From Octopus sinensis (lineage: Eukaryota), in contig NC_043014.1 in the NCBI RefSeq assembly GCF_006345805.1, positions 42,904,001 through 42,968,000 of the forward strand: 64,000 bases of DNA. Reading direction: 5' to 3'. Numbering within the stretch: position 1 is the first letter of the stretch; the number at the start of each line of letters is the position of its first letter. Below the pieces are notes generated by a model. The model saw only the letters and a list, made by a program, of their open reading frames with translations. It did no database searches and had not been told where the DNA came from. Position numbers and translations under genes: made by a program. Positions 24,595 to 37,243 of the stretch are shown here, piece by piece.

Positions 24595-25092
24595 ATATAC
24601 ATATTGAGTGAGAGAGACATACATACACGCACGCACACACACACACACACACACCACACACACACACACACACACAACACACACACACGCACATTGATCC
24701 AAGGTGGTGATTTCTGTAATTTCTAGAAACCTGACTGCTGTCCACTTGTACTGCTTCTTGTCTAAAGTAATTTACTAATTTAATAATTACTGTCATAGTG
24801 AACATGATCGCCACCACCACCACCACCGCTGCCGTTGCTGCCACCGCCACTATCATCCTTATCATCGTCACACTCCCCTTCTCTCCTCTTCCTCCTCCTC
24901 CTATTCTGCCAGCTATTTACATGTGTTATTTTGAAAAATATTCTGCTGTCTCTCTTAGTAAGTGAATGGAGGTCGTTCACCTAGCCAGGGACACTTACAC
25001 AACATGTTTTAAGATATATTGAGGAAATTGCTACATGTGAGCAAAAAAGAGCAAAGCAATTGCCATGTGGCTGCAGTGTGTGGGAAGTAGAG

Positions 25093-25942
25093 GTTGACAA
25101 CCGATGCTGGCGTGTTTATGTCCCCGTTACTTAGCAGTTCAGCAAGAGTGACCGATAGAATAAGTACTAGGCTTACAAAGAATAATTCCTGGGGTCGATT
25201 TGCTTGACTAAAGGTGGTGCTCCAGCATGGTCGCAGTCACATGACTGAAACAAATAAAAGAATAAAAAAGAAAAGAAAAGAATATATGATAGGTGCAGGA
25301 GTGGCTGTGTGGTAAGTAGCTTGTTTACCAACCACATGGTTCGGGTTCAGTCCCACTGTGTGGCACCTTGGTCAAGTGTCTTCTACTATAGCCTCGGGCC
25401 GACCAAAGCCTTGTGAGTGGATTTGGCAGACGGAAACTGAAAGAAGCTCGTTGTATATATATGTATATATATATATGTATGTATGTGTGTGTATATGTTT
25501 GTGTGCCTGTGTTTGTCCCACCCAGCATCGCTTGACAACCGATGCTAGTGTGTTTACGTCCCTGTAACTTAGCAGTTCAGCAAAAGACCGATAGAATAAG
25601 TACTAGGCTTACTGGGTTCAGTCCCACTGCATGGCATCTTGGGCAAGTGTTTTCTACTATAGCCTCAGGCCGACCAAAGCCTTGTGAGTGGATTTAGTAG
25701 ATGGAAACTGAAAGAAATCCATCGTATATACGTATATGTATGTATGTAAGTATGTGTGTGTGTGTGTGTGTTTCTTCCCCTCCCAACATCGCTTGACAAC
25801 CGATGCTGGTGTGTTTACTTAGCGGTTCGGCAAAAGACACTGATAGAATACGTACAAGTCCTGGGGTCAATTCGCTCGACTAAAGGCGGTGCTCCAGCAT
25901 GGCCACAGTCAAATGACTGAAACAAGTAAAAGAGTAAAAGAA
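25093..25942 (+). mobile_element. Cluster of three head-to-tail SINE-A pieces
   Basis: 3' half 25093-25282, near-full copy 25292-25612, 5'-truncated copy 25613-25942. Confidence 0.85.
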
Positions 25943-26004
25943 TATATGCTCATTAACCTTTTTTCATTTTCGATCTCATTCTTTGTTTATTTTGGATGTC
26001 TCAG

Positions 26005-26154
26005 ATATGAAATATTGTTACAAAGATCAGTGCTGGCTATTATATCTACAGAAAATCTGTCGAGATGACCTTAACGAGTACTATAATGGGTGGCTGGAAA
26101 TGGGGAAACCCAAGAAACTAAGAAAAAAGGGAAATATATTGGATGTATCAGGAG
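26005..26154 (+). CDS. Candidate exon, MKYCYKDQCWLLYLQKICRDDLNEYYNGWLEMGKPKKLRKKGNILDVSG
   Basis: Long pyrimidine tract ending ctcag; phase-1 open frame compatible with 22461-22538; donor weak and uncertain. Confidence 0.22.
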
Positions 26155-26279
26155 GTTGTTGGAGTTGCCTGTCGAGGATGATAAGGGCTTGCCAACTACA
26201 GCACCAAGAGCTGGGAAATATCTTTTTCCTATTCTAGGCACAAGGCCCGAGATATTTTGGGGAAGGAGGCCAGGCAATT

Positions 26280-26624
26280 AGATCGACCCCAGTATGCAGT
26301 TGGTACTTAATTTATCAACCCTGAAAGGATGAAAGGCAAAGTCAACCTCGGCGGAATTTGAATTCAGAATGTAAAGACAGATGAAATACCTACTTCTTTA
26401 CTACCCACAAGGGGTTAAACAAAGAGAGTACAAACAAGGACAGACAGACGGATTAAGTCGATTATATCGACCCCCCAGTGCGTAACTGGTACTTAATTTA
26501 TCGACCCTGAAAGGATGAAAGGCAAAGTCAATCTCGGTGGAATTTGAATGCAGAATGTAATCGCAGATGAAATACCGCGAGGCATTTCGCCCAGCGTGCT
26601 AACGTTTCTGCCAGCTGGCCGCCT
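26280..26624 (-). mobile_element. SINE-B, full copy plus a tandem partial unit
   Basis: GAAAGGATGAAAGGCAAAGTCAA occurs twice; head ends near CTGCCAGCTGGCCGCC. Confidence 0.85.
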
Positions 26625-26739
26625 TCAAACATAAACACAAACATAAACACAAAGACAAATACGCACACACAGAGCATCATCATCATCATCATCATCCTCA
26701 TCATCGTCATCATCATCATCATCACCATCATAAACATTA

Positions 26740-27225
26740 TCATCGTTTAACATCTGCTTTCCATGCTGGCATGGGTTGGGCGGTTTGACATGGTGCTGGC
26801 TAGCAGGGAGCCGTCCAGACTCCCACTTTCTGTTGTGGTATTGTTTCCACAGCTGGATGCTCTTCCTAATGCCAACCACTTAACAGAGTGTACTGGGTGC
26901 TTTTTTTACCCGCCACTGGCATTGATGCGTTAATGCAACACCAGCACAGGTGTGTCAATGCAACACTGGCATGAGTGATCAATCCAGCACCATCATAGGT
27001 GCTTCTTAAGTGGTGGTGGTGCTGGAGATGTAACATAAAAAGCACTGGTGCTAGTATCATGTAAAAAGCACCCAGTATGCTCTCTAAAGTGGTCGGCATT
27101 AGGAAAGGCATCCAGCCATAGAAACCAAGCCAAAACAGAGTGTGGAATGTGGTGCAGGGCCTGGCTTTGTCAGTACCTCTCAACCCATGCCAGCATGGAA
27201 AATGGATGTTAAATGATGATGATAA
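26740..27225. mobile_element. Inverted pair of RTE 3'-UTR ends
   Basis: Minus copy about 26740-26915 and plus copy about 27050-27225, each with a (GAT)n tail pointing outward. Confidence 0.75.
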
Positions 27226-27828
27226 TGGTGGTGAGTTAGCAGAAACATTAGCATGCTGGGCGAAATGCTTTGTGGTATTTCGTCTGCCGCTACGTTCTGA
27301 GTTCAAATTCCGTCGAGGTCGACTTTGCCTTTCATCCTTTTGGGATCGATTAAATAAGTACCAGTTATGCACTGAGGTCGATGTATTTGACTTAATCCCT
27401 TTGTCTGTCCTTGTTTGTCCCCTCTGTGTTTAGCCCCTTGTGGGTATTAAAGAAATAGGTGTTTCGTCTGCCGTTACGTTCTGAGTTCAAATTCCGCCGA
27501 GGTCGACTTTGCCTTTCATCCTTTCGGGGTCGATAAATTAAGTACCAGTTATGCACTGGGATCGATGTAATCGACTTATTCCCTTTGTCTATCCTTGTTT
27601 GTCCCCTCTGTGTTTAGCCCCTTGTGGATAGTAAAGAAATAGGTGTTTCGTCTGCCGCTACGTTCTGAGTTCAAATTCCGTCAAGGTCGACTTTGCCTTT
27701 CCTCCTTTCGGGATCGATTAAATAAGTACCAGTTATGCACTGGGGTCGATATAATCGACTTAATCCCTTTGTCTGTCCTTGTTTGTCCTCTCTGTGTTTA
27801 GCCCCCCTGGTGGGTAGTAAAGAAATAG
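27226..27828 (+). mobile_element. SINE-B head plus three tandem ~190-bp units
   Basis: Junction AAAGAAATAGGTGTTTCGTCTGCCG at about 27449 and 27633. Confidence 0.9.
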
Positions 27829-28504
27829 GCGATATGACAGTGGATGTGACAGTGGATTTGGTCAGCCTGAGGCTATAGTAGCAGACACTCGTCCAGCCCA
27901 AGGTGCCACACTGTGGGACTGAACCCAGAGCCATGTGACTGAGAAACAAACATCTTACCACGCAACCACGACTGTGTCTATTTAATAAATATTTTTCGCA
28001 TTTTCTTTTTCTCATTTTCAGTTGACAGTACAAAGCTGAAATCTTCTTTTGACTTCTTAGTTCTTCCCATCATCACCGCCACCCTGATCGTCTATATACC
28101 CTTATTAGAGTTACGGGTGGGGTGGGGGTGGGGGAGGAACAAACAATCCATTATTGTTAATAAATTGGCTTTGAATTGATTGATTTTTTTCGGCTGACAT
28201 TTACGATGGGAGTTTGAAGAGATTTCCAGGATTATCAATGAAATACATTGACAATGAATTACTAATTATTTAAAATTACATCGTAACGAACAGCAGCGAC
28301 TGTTGTCTGGGCATCGTTATTCTTTCTCATCAATGTCACCAACAAACAACTCCTTCTTCCCCCCCCATGTCCTCCCCTGGTGCATCTGTATACCAACCGA
28401 AAGCAAAAGCCTGAACCAAGACCACAATGACCAAGCCCCCCCCCATCCCCACGCCTCTACAGATACTCTCAACTTTATTATGCTGTCGCTATTTTTGCTA
28501 CCTC

Positions 28505-29004
28505 CCATCATCATCATCATCATCATCCTCATCATCATCATCATCATTGTCATCATCATCATCATCATCATCACCACCAACAACAACAGCTACAACAATG
28601 TCATCGTCATCATCATCATAATCATCATCATCATCACCATCATCATCATAATCATCATCGTCATCATCATCATCATCATCACCATCAGCAGCAACAGCTA
28701 CAACAATGTCATCATCATCACCATCATCATCATCATAATCATCATAACCATCATCATCGTCGTCGTCGTCAATATCATTGTCACCATCATCAGCAACATC
28801 ATCATCACCGTCATCATCATCGTCACCACCACCATCACCACCACCACCACCACCACCACTACCATCATCATCAACACAAGCACCATCACCATCCCCACCA
28901 CCACTACCACCACCACCACCACCACCACCACCATCACCACCATTGGCCTCGGTGTCATCATTTTTTGTACTCATCCCACGTCATCATTAAACACCACCAC
29001 CACC

Positions 29005-29036
<32 letters not shown>

Positions 29037-29656
29037 CAAAAACACCATCACTGCCATCATTGTTTTTATTGTGACCATCAAAATCATCATCATTATCATC
29101 ATCATCATCACCATCATCATCATCACTGTTATCACCGTCCTCATCATTTTCTTGATCATCATCATTGTCATTATCATCATAATTCTCATCATCATCATCA
29201 TCATCATCATCATTACTGTTTTCACTGTAAAAATACTTTCTAGCCTTACTCTTTTTTTCATATGATCACAATCACCACAAAGTATGACATTTTATCTCCA
29301 CCCATGGCCACTACAAAGAACAACCTCAAGTGCAAAAATATTATCATTTTCATCAACATTTTAGTCTTTTCTGGTTTTTTTTACAGTTCAGCCATTTATC
29401 CATCATCCACAGAGACCAACCACCACTACCACCACCACCACCACCACCACCACCACCGCCGCCACCATCGCCATGACCATCACCACCACTGCCACTTCCA
29501 CCACAACTATCACGACCATCGTCACTACCACCACTGCTGCCACCACCACCACTACATCCACTACCACCACCACCACCGCCGCCGCCGCCACCGCCGCCAC
29601 CGCCGCCACCGCCGCCGCCGCCACCGCCGCCACCGCCGCCGCCACCACCACCACCA
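28505..29656. repeat. (ATC/ACC/AAC/GCC)n trinucleotide arrays
   Basis: Directly visible. Confidence 0.95.
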
Positions 29657-30783
29657 TGTTATAGCTGTTGCTATCTCTATTTCAGAAACTATCTCTTCTT
29701 ACTTTCATTATCTCTTACACCCACTACTCTGTTAACAAAAAGAAAATTGTGACGGGATGGTCATGAATGGGTTGTCTTTGATCATCCAGATATTTCTTCA
29801 TCAGGGCTTATGTCAGAGCTATACACCACCACTGTGTTACCAAACATGAAAACACAGGATCCACAACGTGGTCAATCGACTAGCTAGAAATACCAGCTAA
29901 GTCTTCTTTAAATCATGTTTCCTTGTTAAGAAATGGAAGGACACAGGATATAGTTCTTGATACATTACAGCTAAAAACAAGAGGGGATGTTCATGGCTGG
30001 AACACCTTTGATCATAGTTTTGTTTTGCTTTTTTTATTTTCTCAAAGCTTGTCTACCCTTTGTTTTTTTTTTTACTTTTGTTGCTTCTTTCTTCCTTCCT
30101 TCCTTTCTTTTTTCCTTTCTTTCCCCCTTTCTTTTCTCTTTCCTCTTTCCCTTTTCTCTCTCCCCCCCCTCTGATTTCCTCTCCCCGCTAACTTTATTTT
30201 TCTTTCAAGCCGTATGAATGTAGGACTTCTCGGCCTTTATTAGTGGAACAAACACAATGATTGTGGGCTGAAGATAGAAGTCTCTAATTATTTTTTATTG
30301 GTTATAGCTCCAAAAAAAACAACAACAAAAAACCCAACAATAAACAAAAAAAAAATCCCATGATTAATAGCCATAATTCAAAATCCAGTGATTTATGGTT
30401 GTATCTCAGTAATGAGCTTGTTGACAACATAATTACAAATCAAGCATATCATTTTTAAGTGTCGAGATCATAAACAAATATGGTCAAGTTGAAAAAAGAA
30501 AATGTTTAAATTATATGAACATGTTATATTTTAGCATATATTATATATGTTGAAAGTGTATAAATATTGCATGTTCCTCTTAACAGGTTTTTAAGAGGAA
30601 GTATTTAGCTATGGGTTTTTTTCTTTCTTCTTTTATGTCGTAAAATTTGTAAAAAGTAAACTTAAAACCATGTTAAAAGCGTTCTTCATTCTCTGTTCTT
30701 TGGCAGTTGTTCCAGAAAGTTCCATGAGATCTGAGCAGATGTTATGCAGAATAGATTGTTCAGATCAGAAATTCATGAACATT

Positions 30784-30946
30784 GGCGTGGGAGTGGCTGT
30801 GTGGTAAGTAGCTTTCTTACCAACCACATGGTTCCAGGTTCAGTCTCACTGCATGGCACCTTGGGCAAGTGTCTTCTACAATAGCCTCGGGCCGACCAAA
30901 GCCTTGTGAATGGATTTGGTAAACAGAAACTGAAAGAAGCCCGTCG

Positions 30947-31004
<58 letters not shown>

Positions 31005-31008
31005 ATAT

Positions 31009-31059
<51 letters not shown>

Positions 31060-31290
31060 GTGTGTGTATATGTTTGTGTGTCTGTGTTTGTCCCCCCAAC
31101 ATCACTTGACAACTGATAGTGGTGTGTTTACGTCCCCGTAACTTAGCGGTTCGGCAAAAGATACCGATAGAATAAGTACTAGGCTTACAAAGAATAAGTT
31201 CTGGGGTTAATTTGCTCGACTAAAGGCGGTGCTCCAACATGGTCACAGTCAAATGACTGAAACAAGTAAAGGAGTAAAAGAGTAAAAGAG
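30784..31290 (+). mobile_element. SINE-A, full length with expanded internal (TA)n
   Basis: Head to tail match. Confidence 0.92.
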
Positions 31291-31294
31291 AAGT

Positions 31295-31530
31295 CACAAT
31301 CTATTGTTATCCCCTCTCTGAGGCCCAACATCCAAAGATCCTTCCTCACCACTTCGTCCAACATCTTCCTGGATTAACCCCTTCCACACATTCCCTCTAC
31401 GATTAAAAGGCAGCATTTCTTGATGCAGCTGTCCTCGTCCATATGCATCATATGACAATACCAGCACAGCCCTCTCTCTTGCACACTACATCTGATGCCT
31501 CGTATACCCAAGTTTTCTCTAAAATCACTA
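31295..31530 (-). mobile_element. RTE-clade LINE ORF fragment
   Basis: LGIRGIRCSVQERGLCWYCHMMHMDEDSCIKKC..VEGMCGRG*SRKMLDEVVRKDL; same family as 20761. Confidence 0.8.
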
Positions 31531-31684
31531 ACACAATTCTTCACAATTCTTCTTCCTAACAGCCCTCACCACCCATATTTATTTATTTATCTGAGCTTGC
31601 AGTGGTATTCGACTGAGGTGGGCTGAGTTGGCTCCATCCAACATGTAGCTCATACCCTAAAAAATTCCACATTGATGTCTGCTG

Positions 31685-32064
31685 TTTGTTTGTTTGTTTG
31701 TTTGTGGAGCGAAGTGGTCTTCGTCCCAGTGTGAGAAGTCCAAAACGTGGTCCTTTGCTATTTGTAAGACTCGCAGAATAGAAAGCAGGTCAACTCCCGA
31801 CACCGAGAGCATCGACGGATGGATGAATGCGCATCCAGGCTCAGCTGCTGCATAGGAAGTCGGGGACAAGAAACAGGAAAGAAGAGTGAGAGAAAGTTGT
31901 AGCGATAGTGTACAACAGGGGTCGTCACCACCCCTTGCCGGAGCTTCGTGGAGCTTTAGGTGTTTTCGCTCAATAAACACACACAACGCCCGGTCTGGGA
32001 ATCAACACCGCGATCTTCCAACTGCGAGTCCACTGCCCTAACCAGTGGGCCATTGTGCCTCCAC
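31685..32064 (-). mobile_element. SINE-D (tRNA-Arg(TCG)-like head), tail variant 1
   Basis: GTGGAGGCACAATGGCCCACTGGTTAGGGCAGTGGACTCGCA...AAACACCTAAAGCTCCACG; ends in (AAAC)n. Confidence 0.8.
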
Positions 32065-32164
32065 GATGTCTGTTGTACTGGAAAACCATGGGGAGTGAGG
32101 TACCCCTTCGCTTTTGTTAACCCTTTAACGTTCAGATTACTCTGTCAGCTGTAATGCTTATTTA

Positions 32165-32360
32165 TTACCTCCACCCTATTGATGGTGGAGGTGTTGGTTC
32201 AGTCGTGTTTGTCTGTGGACAAGATATCTCAAGAACCACTAGATGGATTCAGATGAAACTCTCAGGGATGTTTGGTCTTGTGACTAGCACAAGCTCATCA
32301 GATTTGGGGATTGATCCAGTACCAGACAAGGATTCTGGATTATTTTTCTGATTTTTGTAC
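32165..32360 (+). mobile_element. Helentron-associated (HINE/DINE-1-like) non-autonomous element fragment
   Basis: Terminal hairpin ACCTCCACC...GGTGGAGGT, then TGTTTGTCTGT..CAAGATATCTCAAGAACCACTAGATGGATT..GATGAAACT. Confidence 0.6.
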
Positions 32361-32663
32361 TTTATATGTATATGTAAATCTTCACATAGTTCTTTTTTAC
32401 ACACACACACACATACATACATATACTCACACATTTACAGCATTGAACATTACCATCCCATTTCCATTGTACACACACACTCACCCCCCCCCCCCACACA
32501 CTCACAAACACACATATGTATGTATTCTTTTATTAGTTTCAGTCATTTGACTGCAGTCATGCTGGATCACAGCCTTTAGTCGAAGAAATCGACCCCAGGA
32601 TTTTTTCTTTGTAAGCCTAGAACTTATTCTCTCGGTCTTTTTTGCTGAACCACTAAGTTACGG

Positions 32664-33100
32664 GATGATGATGAGGAGGAGGAAAACAACGATGATGACG
32701 ATGACGATGGCAATGACTTAGAGGATGATGACAATGGTGGTGACGATGATAATGATGAGGAAGAGGAGAAGGAAGAGGAGGAGGAGGACAACAATGATGA
32801 CTATGATGAAGGCAACAACAAAAACACCATCACTGCCATCATTGTTTTTATTGTGACCTTCATCATCATTACCATCATCATCATGATGATGAGGAGGAGG
32901 AAGAGGAGGAAGAAGAAGAAGAAGAGGACAATGATGATGACGATGACGAAGGCAACAACTCAGATGATGACATTGGTGGTGATGATGATGATGATGATGA
33001 TGATGACAATGATGATGGTGATTATGATGAGGAGGAGGATGATAATGATGATGATAATGATGATGGCGATGATGGTGATGATGATGATGGAGATGATGAG
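32664..33100. repeat. (GAT/GAG)n array containing a templated insert
   Basis: Directly visible. Confidence 0.9.
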
Positions 33101-33861
33101 TGAATTGTTCAATGTATCTATGTTTGAGATGGTAAGGTGTAACTGGAGTGAGATTTTGGTTGCATGAAGCAAGAATAACCCAAGAGATAAGTCAATTTAA
33201 AAATGGCTTTAATTCACTCAAAGTTCTATTGACAGAACTGCCAGAGATTGCAGTTTACAAAATATTTATAGAAACAGCAATAGTATCTTGGGATTTATCC
33301 ATGACTGTAGGTTATTAAAATAGCATAAAATTTCCTCGGTCCTCCTCACTCCCCAAGACAAACCAACATGCATACAATAACATTCAAACAATATGAATAA
33401 AGAAGTTAGATCATCAGAGTAATATCTCAAAATGTAATTTGTTTTGAACTCGGAGTAGATAATACTATAAATAATAGTATGTAGATATTTAGGTAAAAAA
33501 AAAATCCTTTGAACTGGAAATAAAACAAAAAAAACTGAAAAGCTGCCAATGTGACTTGAACCCCATATCTTTGGTAATCATGGTAGATGTTCTACCATTG
33601 GACCAGAGCAACCCATCAAATTTTTCTCTCTGTTGTAAAAACTCTGCTCTTATCAGTGTGAATTGTATCTTGTTTATGTTATTATAATTTAGAAACTTCG
33701 AGAGAGTGTGAAATGATTTCTTTTTAATGGTTGAATTCAAAGCAAATAAAGGCATAAATAATAGTGTAGGAATATTGGGTTAATACTCCTTTGGCGAGAA
33801 GTCCAAGGTTGTCCATCTCTCATTGTTTCTAAGTTCTTATGATGCGAATCTCAATATAATC

Positions 33862-34450
33862 TTTTTCTTGCTTCAGTCATTTGACTGTGGCCATGCTGGA
33901 GCACCACCTTTAGTTGAGCAAATCGAGACCCCAAGACTTATTCTTTGTAAGCCTAGAACTTATTCAATTGGTCTCTTTTGCTGAACCACTAAGTTATGGG
34001 GACATAAACACACCAGCATCAGTTGTCAAGTGATGTTGGGAAGACAAACACAGACACACAAACACACACATATACATACATATATACGATGGGCTTCTTT
34101 CAGTTTCCGTCTACCAAATCCATTCACAAGGCTTTGGTTGGCCCGAGTAGAAGACACTTGCCCAAGGTGCCACACAGTGGGAATGAGCCTGGAACCATGT
34201 GGCTGGTAAGCAAGCTACTTATCACACAGCCACATATATTCTTTTATTCTTTTACTTGTTTCAGTCATTTGACAGCGGTCATGCTGGAGCATCACCTTAA
34301 GGGTATTAGTCAAAGAAATCGACCCTAGGACTTATTCTTTGTAAGCCTAGTACTTATTCAATAGGTCTCTTTTGCTGAACTGCTAAGTTACGGGGATATG
34401 AATGCACTAGCATCGGTTGTCAAGCAATGGCGGGGAGACAAACAAGACAA
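33862..34450 (-). mobile_element. SINE-A copy plus an adjacent 3' half
   Basis: 33862-34232 and 34240-34450. Confidence 0.85.
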
Positions 34451-34514
34451 ACAGACAGATAGACAGACAGACACACTCTCTCTCTCTCTCCCCTAGTTGT
34501 GGCCAATGCCAGCT

Positions 34515-34742
34515 TCACATAAATGTTACCTATGCCAGTGGCATGTAAAAAAGCAACCATTATACTCTTGGAGTGGCTGGCATTGGGAAGGGCGTCCAGC
34601 CATAGAAACCATTCCAAATCAAACTGGAACTTGGTGTAGCTCTCCGACTTACCAGTTTCAGTCAAACAGTCTGACCCATGCCAGCATGGAAAGCAAACAC
34701 TAAATGATGAAGATAATGATGGTGATGATGATGATGATGATA
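34515..34742 (+). mobile_element. RTE 3'-UTR end with (GAT)n tail
   Basis: GGCATGTAAAAAAGCA...CCCATGCCAGCATGGAAAGC..AC..TAAATGATG. Confidence 0.7.
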
Positions 34743-34751
34743 TACTTCAAT

Positions 34752-35065
34752 TTGTTGTTGTTTGTTTGTTCTTTCTCGAGCCGTGCCTGGCTCATAAGGG
34801 CCGGTTTCCTGGTTTCCTTGGCGTATAGGTTCCCCACCTGGACGGGACGCCGGTCCATCGCAGGTGAGCTGCAAGATGCAGGAGGAAAGAGTGAGATAAA
34901 GTTATGGCGAAAGAGTCAGCAGAAGTTCGTCTTTATCTTCTGCTGGATCCACGTGGAGCTTAGGTGTTTCGCTCATAAACACACACATCACCCGGTCTGA
35001 GATTCGAACCTGCGATCCCTCGATCGCAAGTCCGCTGCTCTAACCACTAGGCCATGTGCCTCCAC
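34752..35065 (-). mobile_element. SINE-D, tail variant 2
   Basis: Head GTGGAGGCACATGGCCTAGTGGTTAGAGC; tail with GATGGACCGGCGTCCCGTCCAGG; same type as 50842-51144. Confidence 0.85.
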
Positions 35066-35628
35066 ATATACTTCAATGGAAACATGTAACATAATTTGTA
35101 AGACCGAAACTAAGACATTTGAACTGAAAAATAGATAGTTTGCCACGAAGGTGGTGAATACTTTTATCATTAGCATGTAACACAACACAGTGACAGATAC
35201 TCAATAAATTAATAGTTCTAAATACCAGTATTTTACTAATTATCTTAGGTCAGGTAGTAGGTAAGTGTCTAAACAGGTAAATTTATTAATAGCTTTAGAA
35301 TAGTCAAATATTAATGTCCCTTTGCTGATACTGCTAAGAACATGTATTTGTGCTCTCTCGGATAACTAGCTTGGCCTGATAATGTCTGCTTTGACCGCCC
35401 TGTTCGTTCCTGATCTAATTATATCAGCATCAGCTGATTTTAAACTTATGAGATTTCATAATTACCGGTTTAATATCTGGCAATATATTAGGGAAGACCT
35501 TAGATGGAGACATTTGTACTGATGCTACGGAGCTAATCTTACAGTCCAAAATCCAACTTCAGCAGATGAATGCTTTCTGCCACAAGAAATGGAATATTGA
35601 GAACAAATGGTTTAGCAGCACTCTGTAT

Positions 35629-36240
35629 CAGAACTCCACAACCGGTATGCCATGGCACACTGGTGTGCCACGAGACAATGCTAGGTGTGCCACAGTGTAA
35701 CCTGAATATAATTATTTTCCCTATACATAGGTGTAGGTGTGGCTGTGTGGTAAGTATCTTGCTTACCAACCACATGGTTCCGGGTTCAGTCCCACTGCAT
35801 GGCACGTTGGGCAAGTGTCTTCTGCTATAGCCTCAGGCCAACCAAAGCCTTGTGAGTGGATTTGATAGATGGAAACTGAAAGAAGCTCGTCATATATATG
35901 TATATATATGTGTGTGTGTGTGTATAAGTGTCTGTATTTGTCCTCCCCCTCCCAACATCACTTGACAACCGATGCTGGTGTGTTTACATCCCTGTAACTA
36001 AGTGGTTCAGTAAAAGAGACCGATAGAATAAGTACTAGGCTTACAAAGAATAAGTCCTGGGGTCGATTTGCTCAACTAAAGGTGGTGCTCCAGCATGGCC
36101 ACAGTCAAATGACTGAAACAAGTAAAAGAGTAAAAGAGTAAAAGAGTATACTTTTAGTTATATTTTCAGTTCAGGTACACTGCCAAATTTTGAAAAGAAT
36201 ATAAGTGTACCACAGGTGAAAAAATGATTGCAGAGCACTG
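35629..36240. mobile_element. hAT MITE with nested SINE-A (35729-36147, +)
   Basis: CAG...CAACCGGTATGCCATGGCACACTGGTGTGCC start and ...TTGCAGAGCACTG end; imperfect 8-bp TSD CTCTGTAT/CTCTACAT. Confidence 0.65.
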
Positions 36241-36363
36241 CTCTACATGAGGGAATGCATATGGCCATATATATATATATAAAGGGAAAGTTTACAAAAG
36301 ACGAAGGCAGGTGGAGTACAAAACAAAGAAATGTATTAGTATAACGCTCAGGAATAGAAAAAG

Positions 36364-36401
36364 TCTTTTACGTTTCGAGCCTATGCTCTTCGACAGAAAG
36401 A
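36364..36401 (-). ncRNA. Hammerhead-like motif with A6U core variant, in a Penelope-type remnant (about 36282-36455)
   Basis: TCTTT-CTGTCGA-A-GAGC-atag-GCTC-GAAAC-GTA-AAAGA; perfect stems I and II. Confidence 0.6.
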
Positions 36402-37039
36402 TACGCAGAAAAAAACAAGGAGAGAAACAAGGAGAGAAAAAAAGGAGAGAAAAAATGTGTGTATATATATATATATGGTGGGCTTCTACCTTTGAGTGTA
36501 GTGTACTGTATTTTCTGATTGGTGTGGTCAGTTGTTAAAGCCACTGTCATTATTTTTAGTTGGCAACCTTAAATTAGAAATTGGAGATAACATTTTCAGA
36601 ACTACCTACATCAAAGAGCTTTTTAAGAGAGATGTTCTGTGAAAGGTAAAGTCATGGACAGAGTTTTTAAAATGCAAAAGATAAAACTGGCGATTATTGT
36701 AGGGAGAACAGAGGTGTTTATTGGTTCTTTTGAAGATCATTAGGTCTTTGAAAAGTGTCCCTTTTATTTATATTTGACAGAAAAGTAGTATAGAAAGTAA
36801 ATAATGAGAATTCCCACAAAAGACAAAAAAAAAAAAGATCACTTTTGATGAGGCTCAGCTGTGCAAAATGTTTGATTTGTGTCACTTTTGAAAGATTATT
36901 CCCTGGTCATTTCAGCAGAGGCCACAATACGGTTTTGCATTTAATGAGCTGAGTGAAGGACGTGAAAATCTATCATGGCTAATCTAAAGTTAGGGGCCTA
37001 ATTTGGGGTTGAAGTCAAGGCTCGAGTTTGTTACCAGTT

Positions 37040-37243
37040 GCACCCCGCCCAACATCGCTTGACAACCAATGCTGGTGTATTTACGTCCCCATAACTTAGC
37101 GGTTTGGCAAAAGAGACCGATAGAATAAGTACTAGGCTTACAAAGAAAAATTCCTGGGGTCGATTTGCTCGACTAAAGGCTGTGCTCCAGCATGGCCATG
37201 GTCAAATGACTGAAACAAGTAAAAGAGTGAAAAGAGTAAAAGA
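37040..37243 (+). mobile_element. SINE-A 3' half
   Basis: CAACATCGCTTGACAACC to tail. Confidence 0.85.

Noticed and set aside
28303-29735. Long Ile/Thr/His ORFs
   Set aside because: (ATC/ACC)n artefacts
33540-33615. tRNA-like sequence on the minus strand (TGGTCCAATGG...GGTTCAAGTC)
   Set aside because: Stems do not pair; at most a decayed SINE head, not a tRNA gene
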